Shown one piece after another: positions 14,250-26,997 of a DNA stretch of 64,000 nucleotides (position 1 is its first letter; the number at the start of each line of letters is the position of its first letter). The DNA lies in contig OZ024742.1 in NCBI GenBank assembly GCA_964016885.1, forward strand, positions 257,858,001-257,922,000. Direction: 5' to 3'. A program made the translations under genes and the position numbers. This stretch comes from Eledone cirrhosa (taxonomy: Eukaryota). The notes under the pieces are model-generated. The model did not search any database. It was given only the letters and a program-made list of their open reading frames with translations, and was not told the origin of the DNA.

Positions 14250-14426
14250 TCAAAATTTAACAAAGGAATATAATGGACAAAATCCATGGGGCTAAAGAGC
14301 AGAGACAGGAGGGCGGCCGAACATTTAGCAGTTTCTAGCCCGGTCAGCCGCCCTCAGGAAATATATATATATATATATATAAACATATATCTATATGTAT
14401 CTATCTATCTATCTATCTATCTCACT

Positions 14427-14494
<68 letters not shown>

Positions 14495-15229
14495 GCATAT
14501 ATATATATACATAAATCTGTGTGTTCATGTGTGTGTGTGAATATTGATATGTAAAGCCTGTTTCCTTGATATATTTCATATATTTGATATAGTAGCGCAA
14601 TTTTAATGCACCATAGAACACATATCAATCTAGTGGCCTATCACTTCAATCACAAGTTGCGCTTGCCGTTCAAAGCTAATTCGTTTAACTTAGGCCATTA
14701 CGTTGAACAGGCGAAAGGCTGATGGAAGTCCAACGATGCGATTTAAAGGTATATGTCAATCGTACACACTTCATAATGAGGTAATCGGTACACAGGCAGC
14801 AGCAACGTGGCTATATCTAAGCTACATCAAATTTCATAAACAACTTGCGCTCCCAAACGACTACTGTAAAACGAGAAAGCTGTTTCGAGGATTTGAATGG
14901 AATGTACATTCAAACACGCACACACAAATACACAAGAATGCAGAGACACTCAATCATGTACATTCAATGAATATAAACATATATTTTATATATGTATATA
15001 TATATACACACACACACATATATATGTATAGTATTCATGATATTTGTTGTTAATCAAATCCTCATTGCCAGCGGTTTCAAACCCCTAACACATATACACG
15101 ATTATATCATCAGGCGCATAGTAGAGTACAGCTGGTATATTCACATCATATTTAGAACTGAAGATACTAGTAATGCGTAGTTTGACCATACACAACCCCC
15201 CCACCACCACCACCACCACACTCACGCAG

Positions 15230-15323
<94 letters not shown>

Positions 15324-15354
15324 TTATATATATATATATTTATTTATATATATA

Positions 15355-15550
15355 TAACGAAGGAAGTGTGGTAAGGAACCAATCGACCATAACGCGTCAG
15401 AGTACTCAATATTTAGGGTAGTAGAATGGGTTATAGGAAAAAATGTAACCCCGACGGCAGAGCTCAAGCCGTTCGATGGCTATTTCTGGAGTCCAGAAAT
15501 AGCCCTAGAAACGGTTTGAGCTCTGCCGTCGGGGTTAAACTTTTTACTCC
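15355..15550. repeat. Short dispersed repeat (probable PLE terminal remnant) in fold-back arrangement
   Basis: Shared block with 16292-16350, 21428-21530, 23955-24032, 30570-30670 and 49319-49444, always beside (TA)n. Here ccccgacggcagagctcaagccgtt pairs with aacggtttgagctctgccgtcgggg. Confidence 0.75.
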
Positions 15551-16242
15551 ACACATATATATATATAATTGGTGTGGAATGCTTAAAGTGCACGTATGCG
15601 GTAGGCCGTTTGAACACTCGATGCTCTTACAGAGCAGAGTTTAATATCACATGAGAAACGGAGAATCAGTGGTACGACAAATTAATATTTATTGGACATA
15701 TTACAATCGTTTCTCTGGCGACAAGCTTCAGGCATGATCGTTTGCGATGATCAAACCTGACTCTGAAATCGCAAGATCCTCAGATACGTCACGATCTTTC
15801 GAAAGATGTCTCTCTAAGACATGACACCCTTAATATAATTTTGGATATACATACGTCCCCTTAATTCTAGAGCTAACGCAGTTGAAAGAACTCGGTTATT
15901 TCTAGCAGTCGATAATCCTATTCACGCCACTGGGATGACGCTGGTACGATGTGAGTATTTTTTAAAAAATGCAACACGTGCTACGAGTCATTCACAGATT
16001 TGTATTTGCTATGTAAATACAGATAGTTAAATCTTCTCCTTTGTTGAAAATTCGATTTGACTACTGTGATTTATCGATTGGTGGTGAAATATATTTCTTT
16101 ATTTAATGAACTATATACAAAGGAGTTTAATCATTTTAAAAGCTATCTATATTTGAAGTTCTAGTAAAACTATAATTAGTTACCTACCTAGCTGTGTGTG
16201 TTTGCACACTTTCCAAATTATTCCGTGATTGTTATATATGTT

Positions 16243-16294
<52 letters not shown>

Positions 16295-16349
16295 CGAAGG
16301 AAATGTGGTGAAACGGCTTGAGCTCAGCTGTCGGGGTCTTACTGGTTCC

Positions 16350-16396
<47 letters not shown>

Positions 16397-16490
16397 TGTA
16401 AGAATATCTCATGAGGGCAGCAAAGAAGAATGTCTTTGAAGAAGAAATCACACTTATTTTGATATGTAATTTCTGTCATTCTTACGAGGC

Positions 16491-16648
<158 letters not shown>

Positions 16649-17139
16649 TATATATATATATATATATGTGTGTGTGTATATGTGTGTGCTTAAAATTTGT
16701 TTATTAGATAATAAACATTTCGAAGCCTTTAACTATTCATTTTTAAAAGTGGAAACTGTACACCAGCCAGAGAGTTCCAGAAAAAGGAAGAAGTTCCCAA
16801 CAGATGTTCCTGGCATATCTGCCGTGTTCAGGATAACGTACATCTTAATGTCACTTCCCTGGTGAACTTAAAATAGTCGCAAACATTTCTCTTAGCGCTT
16901 ATGTATTTGGATTCCTACAGCAGCAAGTTAAACTAATGGATAGCAGTTTCTGGCTGACTGGACGTTGTCAATGCAACGAGCCCCGCCACCTCCGTTCTTG
17001 ATTGAACTCAAAATAGGAGCAACAATATTTTTAACGCTTATGTATATCGGCTATTTAGACACATTTGCATCTGTAGGCCAGCTCGCCCTGACACCACCTG
17101 AATATATTCATACATACATACATATATATATATATATAC

Positions 17140-17821
17140 ACTAGCAGCAGTACCCAACGTTGCCTGGGTGGGTAAATAATATCTGCTTCGATGAAAAGAT
17201 GTTATATCTTAGCGACTGCTTCTCGATGACTCATCTATGGCCACACACAGGCCATGCAGAGGAGGGTGGTGATGACATATATCACTGAGAAACGCGGGTG
17301 ACCGACGTAGGGGCATTCTGGAGGAAGGAGGTAATGACCTCTAACACTAAGACAAATTTCCTCACGCTACTTGATTGGAAACCGATGAATTCTCAAATAC
17401 ACAACTAAAAGCTCAGACGACGTCAGTGGCCATCGTTTTGCCTTTGACCATCTTTAAGATGTGCAATGATAGGTTCTATCGTAGTATAAAAGTTGAACCA
17501 AATAAATTGATTTATGTGTGAGGTGGAGCCGAAATTTCGAATTTGAACGAAACCGGTGGCAAAATGTGTGAGCTAGAGACAAACATCTTACTTTTCGATA
17601 CCTAAAAAAAGGTGAGCCCCTATCGATTTTAATCTGCAGAATGACCCCTGAATAAAAAGAATGATACGCTGATATATAGAAAACACTCCAAGATGACTAA
17701 TCTATGAGTCTGTAAAGTTTCATGAAAATCGGTCGTAAGATGTAGGCCCCTATAGGTAAAATACAGACACACAGACACATTCACACACACACACACACTT
17801 AATTTTATATATATATATATA
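17140..17821 (-). mobile_element. Non-autonomous Helitron-like element
   Basis: Minus-strand 3' end has hairpin acccaggcaacgttgggt followed by CTAG|T. The 5' end reads tatatataaaattaag(tg)n...tgtctgtgtgtctgt, typical of such elements. Confidence 0.7.
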
Positions 17822-17949
17822 CACGTAACATAGAACATTCTCAACTGTTCAATCAGTATACCGCACAGTCTTAGTCGGTATATCAATACTAACATTCTGT
17901 GGAGACAACAACAATCAATGCTCGCTGACTAAATGCCCTATCCTCGATA

Positions 17950-18235
17950 CAAGTATGTACCAGCGAACATATGTAGTGTACGGATTGGATGCAACAAATG
18001 TAAGGAGTTCTACATTGGTAACACTACGCGAGCACTCCATACACACATTAAATTACACCTCAACACACACGTATCTTCATTCTAAATATGCATTGACAAA
18101 TGTAAAAAGACTACCCAACATATTACCGCTATTATTAAAGCTCGTGATAGAAATGTAGGCTATTTATTTAAGAATTAAGGAAGCCTTGCCCATAGGTAGA
18201 CTCAACTCAGAAATAAATAATAGATTAGAACTCAG
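17950..18235 (+). pseudogene. PLE GIY-YIG endonuclease remnant
   Basis: Frameshifted VVYGL / CNKCKEFYIGNTTRALHTHIKLH ... IKEALPIGRLNSEINNRLE. Confidence 0.7.
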
Positions 18236-19439
18236 CACATAATACTTGACATAAAAAGAAAATTGATTACGCAAAATCCTATATTGGCAATAAACGTCAA
18301 TGTCGTGAAGAGCTAAATAACAATCAAAGAACGCTTGAAAATCAAACTTTAATCCCTAGAGAGGAAATTCGAAAGTTCTTTAAACTCTGAAGAACGAACT
18401 TCTAGGTCCCAAAATATTGGACAGAAAAAAGACCCCGCTCCACAAAAAAGATATTAACAGATCACTTACGTTTCATTCCCTCCTCTCACAGTCCATTTTG
18501 CATTGTTTAACCTTCTATCTCCTTCAAATTTTTATATAATACTCAAGAAAATGTAAATCTAATAATTAATATATATTAACAGTTTAATTTTTGTGATCTA
18601 TTTAATGTCTTCATATATGCTCTGTGGTTATAAATCTACGATGACCAGAAGTATACTAACTTGATTTACCACTACAGCACCTTTAGCTAATCTGGATATT
18701 AATATAACCACTTCATTCATGTATATATATATTTCGACTTTCTAAACCTTTAGTTCCCACCCTATCTTGTTTCAAGCAACCAAAAACCAGAATTGGATCT
18801 CAAGCGGACAACTGCTAGACGACTCTCATCGATTGTGAAATTTTGAAGTTTTCACCCGGAATGTCATGTTTTCAGATAAAATGTTATCTCATAACTTTCT
18901 TTTAAATTAAAACTTGTCCAGACTTATTCTTGGTATTAGAAGGATAACTTACAATAAATAAAATGGGGAAGGAACTTGCAAAGCTGGGGACAGAGCGCAG
19001 GTGTAGCACAAAAACCTATGTTTCGTAGTCATCCAGTCGGCGGTCAGCCGTGAGCGAGTGAGGTAGTGAGTTGTGTTCATCATTGAAAGAATTGTACTGC
19101 ACCTAATGGTAGTGTAGAGAAATAGAATATTGAGAAATATACGTTAGGGATAAACAGTGAACTAATATGACTTGTCCGCGTTTGTAAATATAACTTAATT
19201 TATTTGTAATAACTTGTAACCACTGGTTCATTTTGTTGTGGGTCATTATGATATAGATCTTCCCCTGTCTTGTTGGTAGACCTGACTAAATTGTAACACC
19301 ATGTTTATAACCTCTCCATTTTTATAATATTATGTGCTTTTTTATACTTATTTTGTGACCAAATATGATGCCCTTGATGACTAATTATTCCTTTCTTTTA
19401 TTTAAGAACTGTTTGTGCAGGTGAAAAGTGGCTCCTGTG

Positions 19440-20880
19440 GTGTGATCCTCCTAGACCCGTGAACTGGCGTCATCTTCAAGTTAAGAAAAGATTTTCATGT
19501 GGCTCTTTTTGGCTCCATTTCCAATCAAATTGTCGGAGCCAAGTGGCAAGTTTTAAGCATTTATTTCTGTAATTTAAGAGTTGTAAATCGTATAACGTAG
19601 GAAAGTGCAGCATTGCTGATTCAAGAAATTTCCAATTCTTTTGGCAAAAACATGAATTCCTACCCGAAGGACTGACCAATGAGTTGATAAGGTACTCAAA
19701 CTCCATGATGAATGGAAAGGATTACAGAAAAATTTGACTAGAAATGCAGGCAAGGATAAAGAAAAAAGAGACATTTTATGAAATGATAGACGATCTCATT
19801 CAGATGTTTTGGGACAGATGAAAATTGAGGAGGATAAGAATTACTTTATGCTTCAGCGCCAAAGAGGTTGACCGGGATCTAATGTTGGTATAGATCAAAA
19901 ACTAAAACACAAGAAAGAATGAGCACTGAAGCGCACACCAAAGGAAACTGTCAGGGAAAAAAGGTCTTATGAAGAAATGGAACAACATTTTCCGACTCAT
20001 CAGTTCATTACATCAGAAACTGATTATTCAACATCAAGCAGCCAAATGAGTGGTGGTGGTGACGACAGTGAACATTCTCCTGTCATCGCTCCGCAAATAT
20101 CAGTAACAGCAACAACCGAAGCAGCATCAACAGTTCCAGCAACTCGAGGTACATTGCAATTTTTTACTCCCTGACTTTCTGAAGTTTTTGATAGGTGCAA
20201 AATCACTGACAGAAATGGGGTTTACATATTAAGGGATGTTGCATATGCTTTCGGGTGTGATACTGAAAACCTGGTAATAAATCGCACTTCTTTTCAACGG
20301 CTTAGCCAAATAATTAGAGAAGCGAGACAGAGAAATACAGCACAAATTTAACCTAAACGACTGTCAAGAATTAGTTTTGCACTGAGATGGAACACTGCTC
20401 CCACCACTCACAGGCGTTGAAAAGGTTGATAGAATGGCAATAGTAGAAAACTTTCAAGGCAAGGAGCAATTGTTGGGAATTCTTGAAATTTTAAAATCTT
20501 CAGGGGAACAGCAAGCCATGGCTGTTTACCAAGCAGGGGAGAGGTGGAGTATAACCGACACAATTCAGACACTTTGCTGTGATACGACAGCAAGCAACAC
20601 ATGTTGATTAAATGGTGCCTGTCCAAATCTAGAAAAATGTTTCGATCGTAACCTGTTGTACTTTCCTTGCCATCATCACATTTTTTAGTTAGTTTTGAGG
20701 GGATGTTTCGACTAAATGATGGGTGCAACTTCTGGTCCAGTCGTAGCGTTTTTCAAAGGATTTAGAGAAACCAGGACGAAGCTCAACAAGAAGGTTTACA
20801 TAACTGGTAGCAATGAAGTACCTTATGATGCCTACTCTACCATTCTTGGATTTCAGGAATACCACCTTTCTAGGCAGAAA
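19440..20880 (+). pseudogene. Decayed DDE transposase, hAT-like (hATm-type by motif recall)
   Basis: Fragments KLHDEWKGLQKN, MKIEEDK..F.LQR, FDRCKITDR, LVLH*DG, CDTTASNT, NGAC and FPCHHHIF (CxxH motif), with many stops. TIRs not located. Confidence 0.7.
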
Positions 20881-21229
20881 TAGGAGACCATACTAAAATG
20901 GAATGGAGTTGTGTTATTACTATACCGATGAAAGAACGTATACATTGAAAAGGTTAAGTAATGGTGTTTACCTTAACGTGATGGCCGATTTATTTTAATG
21001 TCTGCCTCAAAGCTGCAAAATGTCTATTGCGAACCTGGAAAAATCCAGGATAGTTAGAATCTTGAACCGGGCTGAATCCGTTCTTCAAAATGTGTCACCA
21101 CTACAAGAGTCATACTAAGGATACTTCCCTTGTCACAGTTTCAACTACTAACAACTGATGCGCAGGAGCAAGTCAGTTCGTACATGCTTCCGTTTTCGCT
21201 ATAACTACACACGCGTTGAAGTATATTTC

Positions 21230-21504
21230 GGATGAAACGTGTATACTCAAGTATGGTTTGTTACTTAAATGCAGAATTAACTGTCTCTCCGGGGAAACGC
21301 CTTCTCCATTCTGTCCGCCTGGGCTGTGGATGGGCCCCATCGCGTACCGTTGTAGTTGTTGTATACAGATATTAACTCATCAATCCTCTCTCTCCATATA
21401 ATTGTATATATATGTATACATATACTTGAGCGTCATATCCCGACAGCTTAGCTCAGCCGTAGGGATTCGACTCTAAATTATTTACACTCTATTATCCCAA
21501 GTAT
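21230..21504 (+). repeat. Duplicated unit containing a CRE-LINE 3' tail (copy 1)
   Basis: Matches 21985-22170 plus 23943-24032. Contains ctccggggaaacgccttctccattc...gatgggccccatcg, the 3' end of the CRE element. Confidence 0.8.
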
Positions 21505-21558
21505 TGAGTACTTTGCAGACTAATGTTCTAAATATTATTAAACTGTTAAAGTCCTGTT

Positions 21559-21627
<69 letters not shown>

Positions 21628-22179
21628 ACACATAGATATTCATATATTGAAGGGCAATTACCACATTTTGCATCCAACATGCAGTCCAAAAATCACCTTC
21701 CTCACCAATAAAGCTTGTTACGCTTGACGCTTACATGTTTGCCGTTTCGCTCCATTGTGACCTGACATTGATTCTTCGTTTGTCTTTAAATCTTCCGTCC
21801 TATCTCTTTATAAGAACACTCATTACATTATTTTCCAATAATGACAACTTATTTATAAGGCAGCATGGTCTCCAAATTTCCTACAATCTTCAAAATTATT
21901 TAATAGAAATATGGTTACGAAAGTGTTAAATCTGGTTGGATTCCAGACGGATTATATCAATATTAGTCGTTTTCTTTTTTATTAGGATGAAACGTGTGTT
22001 CTCAAGTATGGTTTGTTACTTTGATGCGGAATTAACTGTCTTTCTGGGGAACCGCCTTCTCCATCCTGTCCGCCGTGGCTGTGGGTGGGCCCCATCGCGT
22101 ACCGTTGTAGTTGTTGTATACAGATATTAACTCATCAATCCTCTCCTTCCATATAATTGTATATATATATATACATATA

Positions 22180-23942
22180 CAGATATATAAGATGAAAGAA
22201 TGGTATTTAACTACTGTATTGGTACACGATGGGGCCCATCCAAAGCCTCAGCGGATAGAATGGAGAAGGCGTTTCCCCGGAGGACGGCAAGGGAGACGCG
22301 CTGGAAAAGCCACTCCAACTCGCCGGACTCACACCTGCGGCTAGCCAGCTCAGCGCCTATGGTGGTGAGTAAGGAGGTAGCCCTGGGGCCGAGGACACCA
22401 GAAGTCTCCACTGCCAGGGAAATGACCGCAAAACTGTCGGAGCACGACAGTTATTTGAGGAGTTTGGCCTCCTCATCCCGACGTGCAGGAGAAACTGGGT
22501 CAGTAGTAGACTGACCAGGTTGCGGCTGCAGAAAGTGTTGGTGAAAGTGGCATCCCAGACGAGGGTTTTGCCACCGCGGAACGGGAAGATGGTCATGCCA
22601 TCTGTCCTTTTGCCGTACCCTCGATCCAGCCGCAGTGGCTCGAGCTGGGAAGGGAAGCCTGCAGCTCCAAGCCATGCTTAATGACCTCGTTGAGGGCAGC
22701 ATGGCGTGGAATGCGGTCGGCACTTTGGCGACAGGAGAGCGGGTGGAGGGCGAAAGAGTCCACGGTGGAACCGCAGCGACATTGGTGTGGCTGGCAGACC
22801 CGGAGGCCGAGGCCTCAGGGAAACGCCGATTCGCAGGCTATTGTTGTCTAGCTGCGTGCCAGTGGAGAAGGAGGGCAGGGCATGGAGCCAGGCACCACTG
22901 TGTGGTTTGGAGGCCGCACGAAAACAAGCAAGGCGGTGCTGGTCGAGCTGCCGCGTGAGCCTGTTTGAGGCCAGGCTACACTGGATGGCATCCCAAGTGC
23001 GTTGGGGGAACTTGACGTCAACAGGGGAGAAGGAGGAGGGAGTCTACTGGGCTAAGTCACAGTCTGTCCCACGTCTCACAGGCGGCCTCACGTTCTCTGA
23101 ACACAGAGGGCTCTGTTTTATTTTAAAGAACCCTGCTGACGAGGACGCGGCACGAGGTTACCGACGAAAGATACATTGGCAAAGCTAGTGAGATCGGGGA
23201 CCGGTGGCCAAGGCCGCTATACCTACCGGTAAAGTGGCCTGTTGCCACTCTATGTCGTCATACTTGACGTTGCATATTCCCTCGGCTGCTGCTCGGATAC
23301 AAGTATGGAGGTCAGCGAGGAGAGATGTCTGGGTGTAGCATGGAGCGCTGCGGAGTGTATAGAGGAGCTTCGGCATGGCGAAGCAGTTCCTCAGCAGAAA
23401 GAGAGCTGGGTGGCCGTCGATCAAGTCCAGTCGGCTTGTGAGAGTCAGGAGCTGTTGAAGCCTGGACCTGATGGTGGAGCGGATGGCCGGCGGGTGGATC
23501 GGTGACCCGAGGATTAGGACATCCTCTTTGGGGGTCAACTGAACCTGGTGGAGAATGGACCGCACCTAAGACGGAGGCTTTAAAGCTCGCAGCATCGAGG
23601 CTGCCGTTCACCACCTCCGACTTGGCCGAGTTGACCTGGAGGCCGATTCCCGCCAGAGCAGGAATCACCGATTGAAGGTCATGGCAGACTGTCCGCACGG
23701 GCCCGCCCAACGTTGCATCATCCAGATACCAAACGTTGAGAGGGGCCGTGATACTCCGGGCGATGTGGTCAATAACAAGGGCGAACAGGAGGGGTCCCAA
23801 AGGGTCGCTTTGTTCGACCCCCGTAGCCGAGGGTATGACTGTATCAGCTGCTAGGAGCATGCTCGGGGCTCCATATTACAGGTAGGCCAGCGGGTAGGCA
23901 GAGGGGGCTCGGCTGAGGGAGGCCTCGAGCAGATGATCCCTG
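22180..23942 (-). mobile_element. 5'-truncated CRE-clade non-LTR retrotransposon (RT + restriction-like endonuclease)
   Basis: GVEQSDPLGPLLF, VWYLDDATLGG, QATLPV, DGMTIFPFRGGKTLVWDAT and ETSGVLGP...WLFQRVSLAVLRGNA. GC-rich and frameshifted. Confidence 0.88.
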
Positions 23943-24767
23943 TATACATATAATTGAGCGTGATGTCCCGGCAGCTTAGGTTAGCCGTAGGGATTTGACT
24001 CTAATTTATTTACACTCTATTATCCCAAGTATTTTATTAGGTTATACCTGGGATGTGAGCTATAGAGAATGCTTCAAAACATTGTGTATCGTATGGTGCC
24101 AAGTGATTTCACTGAAAATGTTATCCATGAAACTTTCTACTTTCTACTTTTGTATGTTTTGTTCCTACGACGAGTGATTTTTTATTCGTGAAACTATCGT
24201 GCAAGTGGAGGAACATTTCACATGCTAGTACCTTTAACGGAGTTCTCAAGAACATTCACCGTGATAAGGCTTGTGAAAAGGCCGGTCCTTCAAATGACAG
24301 GCAGACCTTATTTCTGTTAGCGGAATAAACGGAAGCAATCTAAAATAAAATGTCTTAATCAACGACACATTGCACCACCCTGATTGGAACATTTTACCAT
24401 TCGTTAGTGAAGTAAATACAGTCAACATAGGTGAAACGATGTCATGAAGAACTAATACAGAAGGAATTTCAAGCAACATTGCAAGATGAAATGGGAAGTT
24501 CAATACAACTTCCTTATAACGAATTCACTATTTACAGATGTATGTGTAGCAAAAACAAGGTTTACTCTTACTGTTGACGTTCGAGGATGTTATGCAGTGC
24601 CCCTTGGTGTATCAAAATCTACGAGATCGTCAGTGACAATGGCTTCCTTCATGAATATATCCACTTATCCTCAGTCGAGATATTTACCGTAATTGCTGGG
24701 CAATACTTGGACTATAACACATCCATCAAAGACCAACTGCTGTTCTTAAACGGGACAAGGAAATAAT

Positions 24768-24942
24768 TGTTTCTACTTTAGGCACAAGGCCAGCAATAAC
24801 CCAGTGCATTACTGGTACTTTGTTTTATCGACCCCGTAAGGATGAAAGGCAAAGTCAACCTCGGCGGGATTTGAACTCAGATCGTAAAGGGACGTAACTA
24901 TGCTGGAAAGCATGGCGTCCGATCCTCTACCGATACTGCCAA
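24768..24942 (-). mobile_element. Full-length tRNA-derived SINE
   Basis: A-box-like tggcagtatcgg and B-box gagttcaaatccc. Possible TSD gaaataat at 24760-24767 and 24943-24950. Confidence 0.9.
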
Positions 24943-25790
24943 GAAATAATGCAATTGAATATAAAAACGTATTTTTGAATCAACGAGTTTTAAGTATCTT
25001 TATGAACTGTGCAAGTCATCAATGGTTTATGATTTAACTTGATATTAACTATATGGGCGTTAACGAGTGGAATGACACAGAGAGATAATCCTTGATATCC
25101 AAACAATGCTGATCAAATACAGAAAGCTGTGATCATAACCTTTTCTATAGATATTCGGGACTACATTTTAAAGAGATCTGTATAATTGAAAAAAAGAATA
25201 TATTTTAGTGTTGATTTCAGGGAACGTACAGCATTTTTTTTTTTTTTTGCCGAGTTACATTATTGAGATTCATTTGTTCAATTAAATTTCTAATATCAAG
25301 TTTTAATTCAGTATATATCTAATGCATTACACTAAGAATATAAAATAAATAAAATGAATGAAGAAAGGTCATAATCAAATGGAATAGCTACAAGCAGAGT
25401 GTACATTTGTAAAAGAAGGAAAAATTGCATGTTAGTTGCCAGCTAACATTATGTTGTACATGTGGTGTACCTAAGGTAACGTATATTTCATGATATGTCA
25501 AAACATCATTAGATGATATATTAATTTCATATTAATGTGAAGGAAAGTATGAATGCAATGTTCCAAATTCTGAAGGCTGTTTCTTACGTTACATTTCCTA
25601 ATGAATATTGAAAGCTTTGCAATGTTCATGTACATGAAACAAATATAGTCGCATGCACGGTTATGCGTTTATGGAAGTTGATTCGCAACCATACTCTTTC
25701 TGGTTCAGTTTCCCCTGCGATGAAACATTGAACAGAATACTAATATAGCTCACCAATAGCTAGAAACTGGAATTATTTAGAAGAGGGAAA

Positions 25791-25845
<55 letters not shown>

Positions 25846-25967
25846 TAATAGTAGCTAAGATGCTTCCATGGGCGGTATGCGGGTTGAGCACACTATGCTC
25901 CTATGCGGTAGAGTATGATAGAATGGAAAACAAAAAATCAGTGATTTATCGGTACTCAATTTATTTT

Positions 25968-26055
25968 GTGTTACAATTATTTCCCCGGCGAACAGCTTGA
26001 GTTGCGATCTGTGTGTGGATCGACCTGTTTCTGGATTCGCAGGTTCCTCGGACAC
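25968..26055 (-). ncRNA. Hammerhead variant, CCGAGGA core and branched stem II
   Basis: Minus strand: gtgt-CCGAGGA-(~60 nt with hairpins acctg/caggt and cgatc/gatcg)-GAAAT-AATT-GTA-acac. Confidence 0.62.
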
Positions 26056-26997
26056 GTCTATTGATTTCGGAGCATATCCTCTTTCTGGGGTTTCTGACAC
26101 TACGAGTCTATATCGTCCACCTACATCCGCTTTGCGCGCCCTTGGGTTGGTCAAGATTAGTGACGTCATTATTATTGTGACTACTGGTAGCAGCCCGCTG
26201 ACTATCAGGGCGTGAGCTGTCACTCACCCACTGTCCCATCGGCAAAATTACTGCTGTGTTTGGCAGCCCTGACTCCCACGTGTACACACACACACACACT
26301 CGCACATATATTCTTACACATATGTATATATGTACCCACTACACACACATAAAAAATATGTAAAAAATACATATAAGAAAAGCATATAAAGATATGCATG
26401 GGCTGTACATGCAAAAATGCCAACGTGGATTAATCCACATATAGACACCTCAAGCAAAGCTACATATGGGGAGTTCAGGGTATTAATGTAAAGCGTATGC
26501 CCAGACCATATATAGAAAATGCATGCAGGATATATAAAGAAAGATGTATGCAGAGTATATAAAGAAAGATGTATGCAGAATATATTAAAAAAATACATAT
26601 ATCTGAATTATATATATGAAAAGTATACAAAGATACACAGGTTTGTACATGGAAAAATACATGGGGTGTTACATAATGGAGGGCGTGGAGAATATGCACA
26701 TACTACTGAAAAGATAGACATGCAGGGAGTGCGTGAACAGGTAATAATGGAGCATGTCACTGTGGGTGAGATAGAGTGCCCTATTGATATTATTGTACGG
26801 GACTGAATATCCGTTGAAGTTGAGCCACCGTGTCACGGCTCATGCGATCTCGATGCCTAGGATGAAGTGCCGAGTCCGATAGGCAGCATAGGTTACGTCG
26901 CCTTACCTCACAGAGCATTCATAGTCAACAAGGTATGGTGTCTGATCCCTTGGACCCGCGCCACCGCTAGGACCGGCATTCACTTACCCGCATGCCT

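Noticed and set aside
25855-26060. Short ORF kept in both pseudo-LTRs (SEEPANPE...)
   Set aside because: Differences between the copies are mostly non-synonymous. The conservation is explained by repeat homology and RNA structure.
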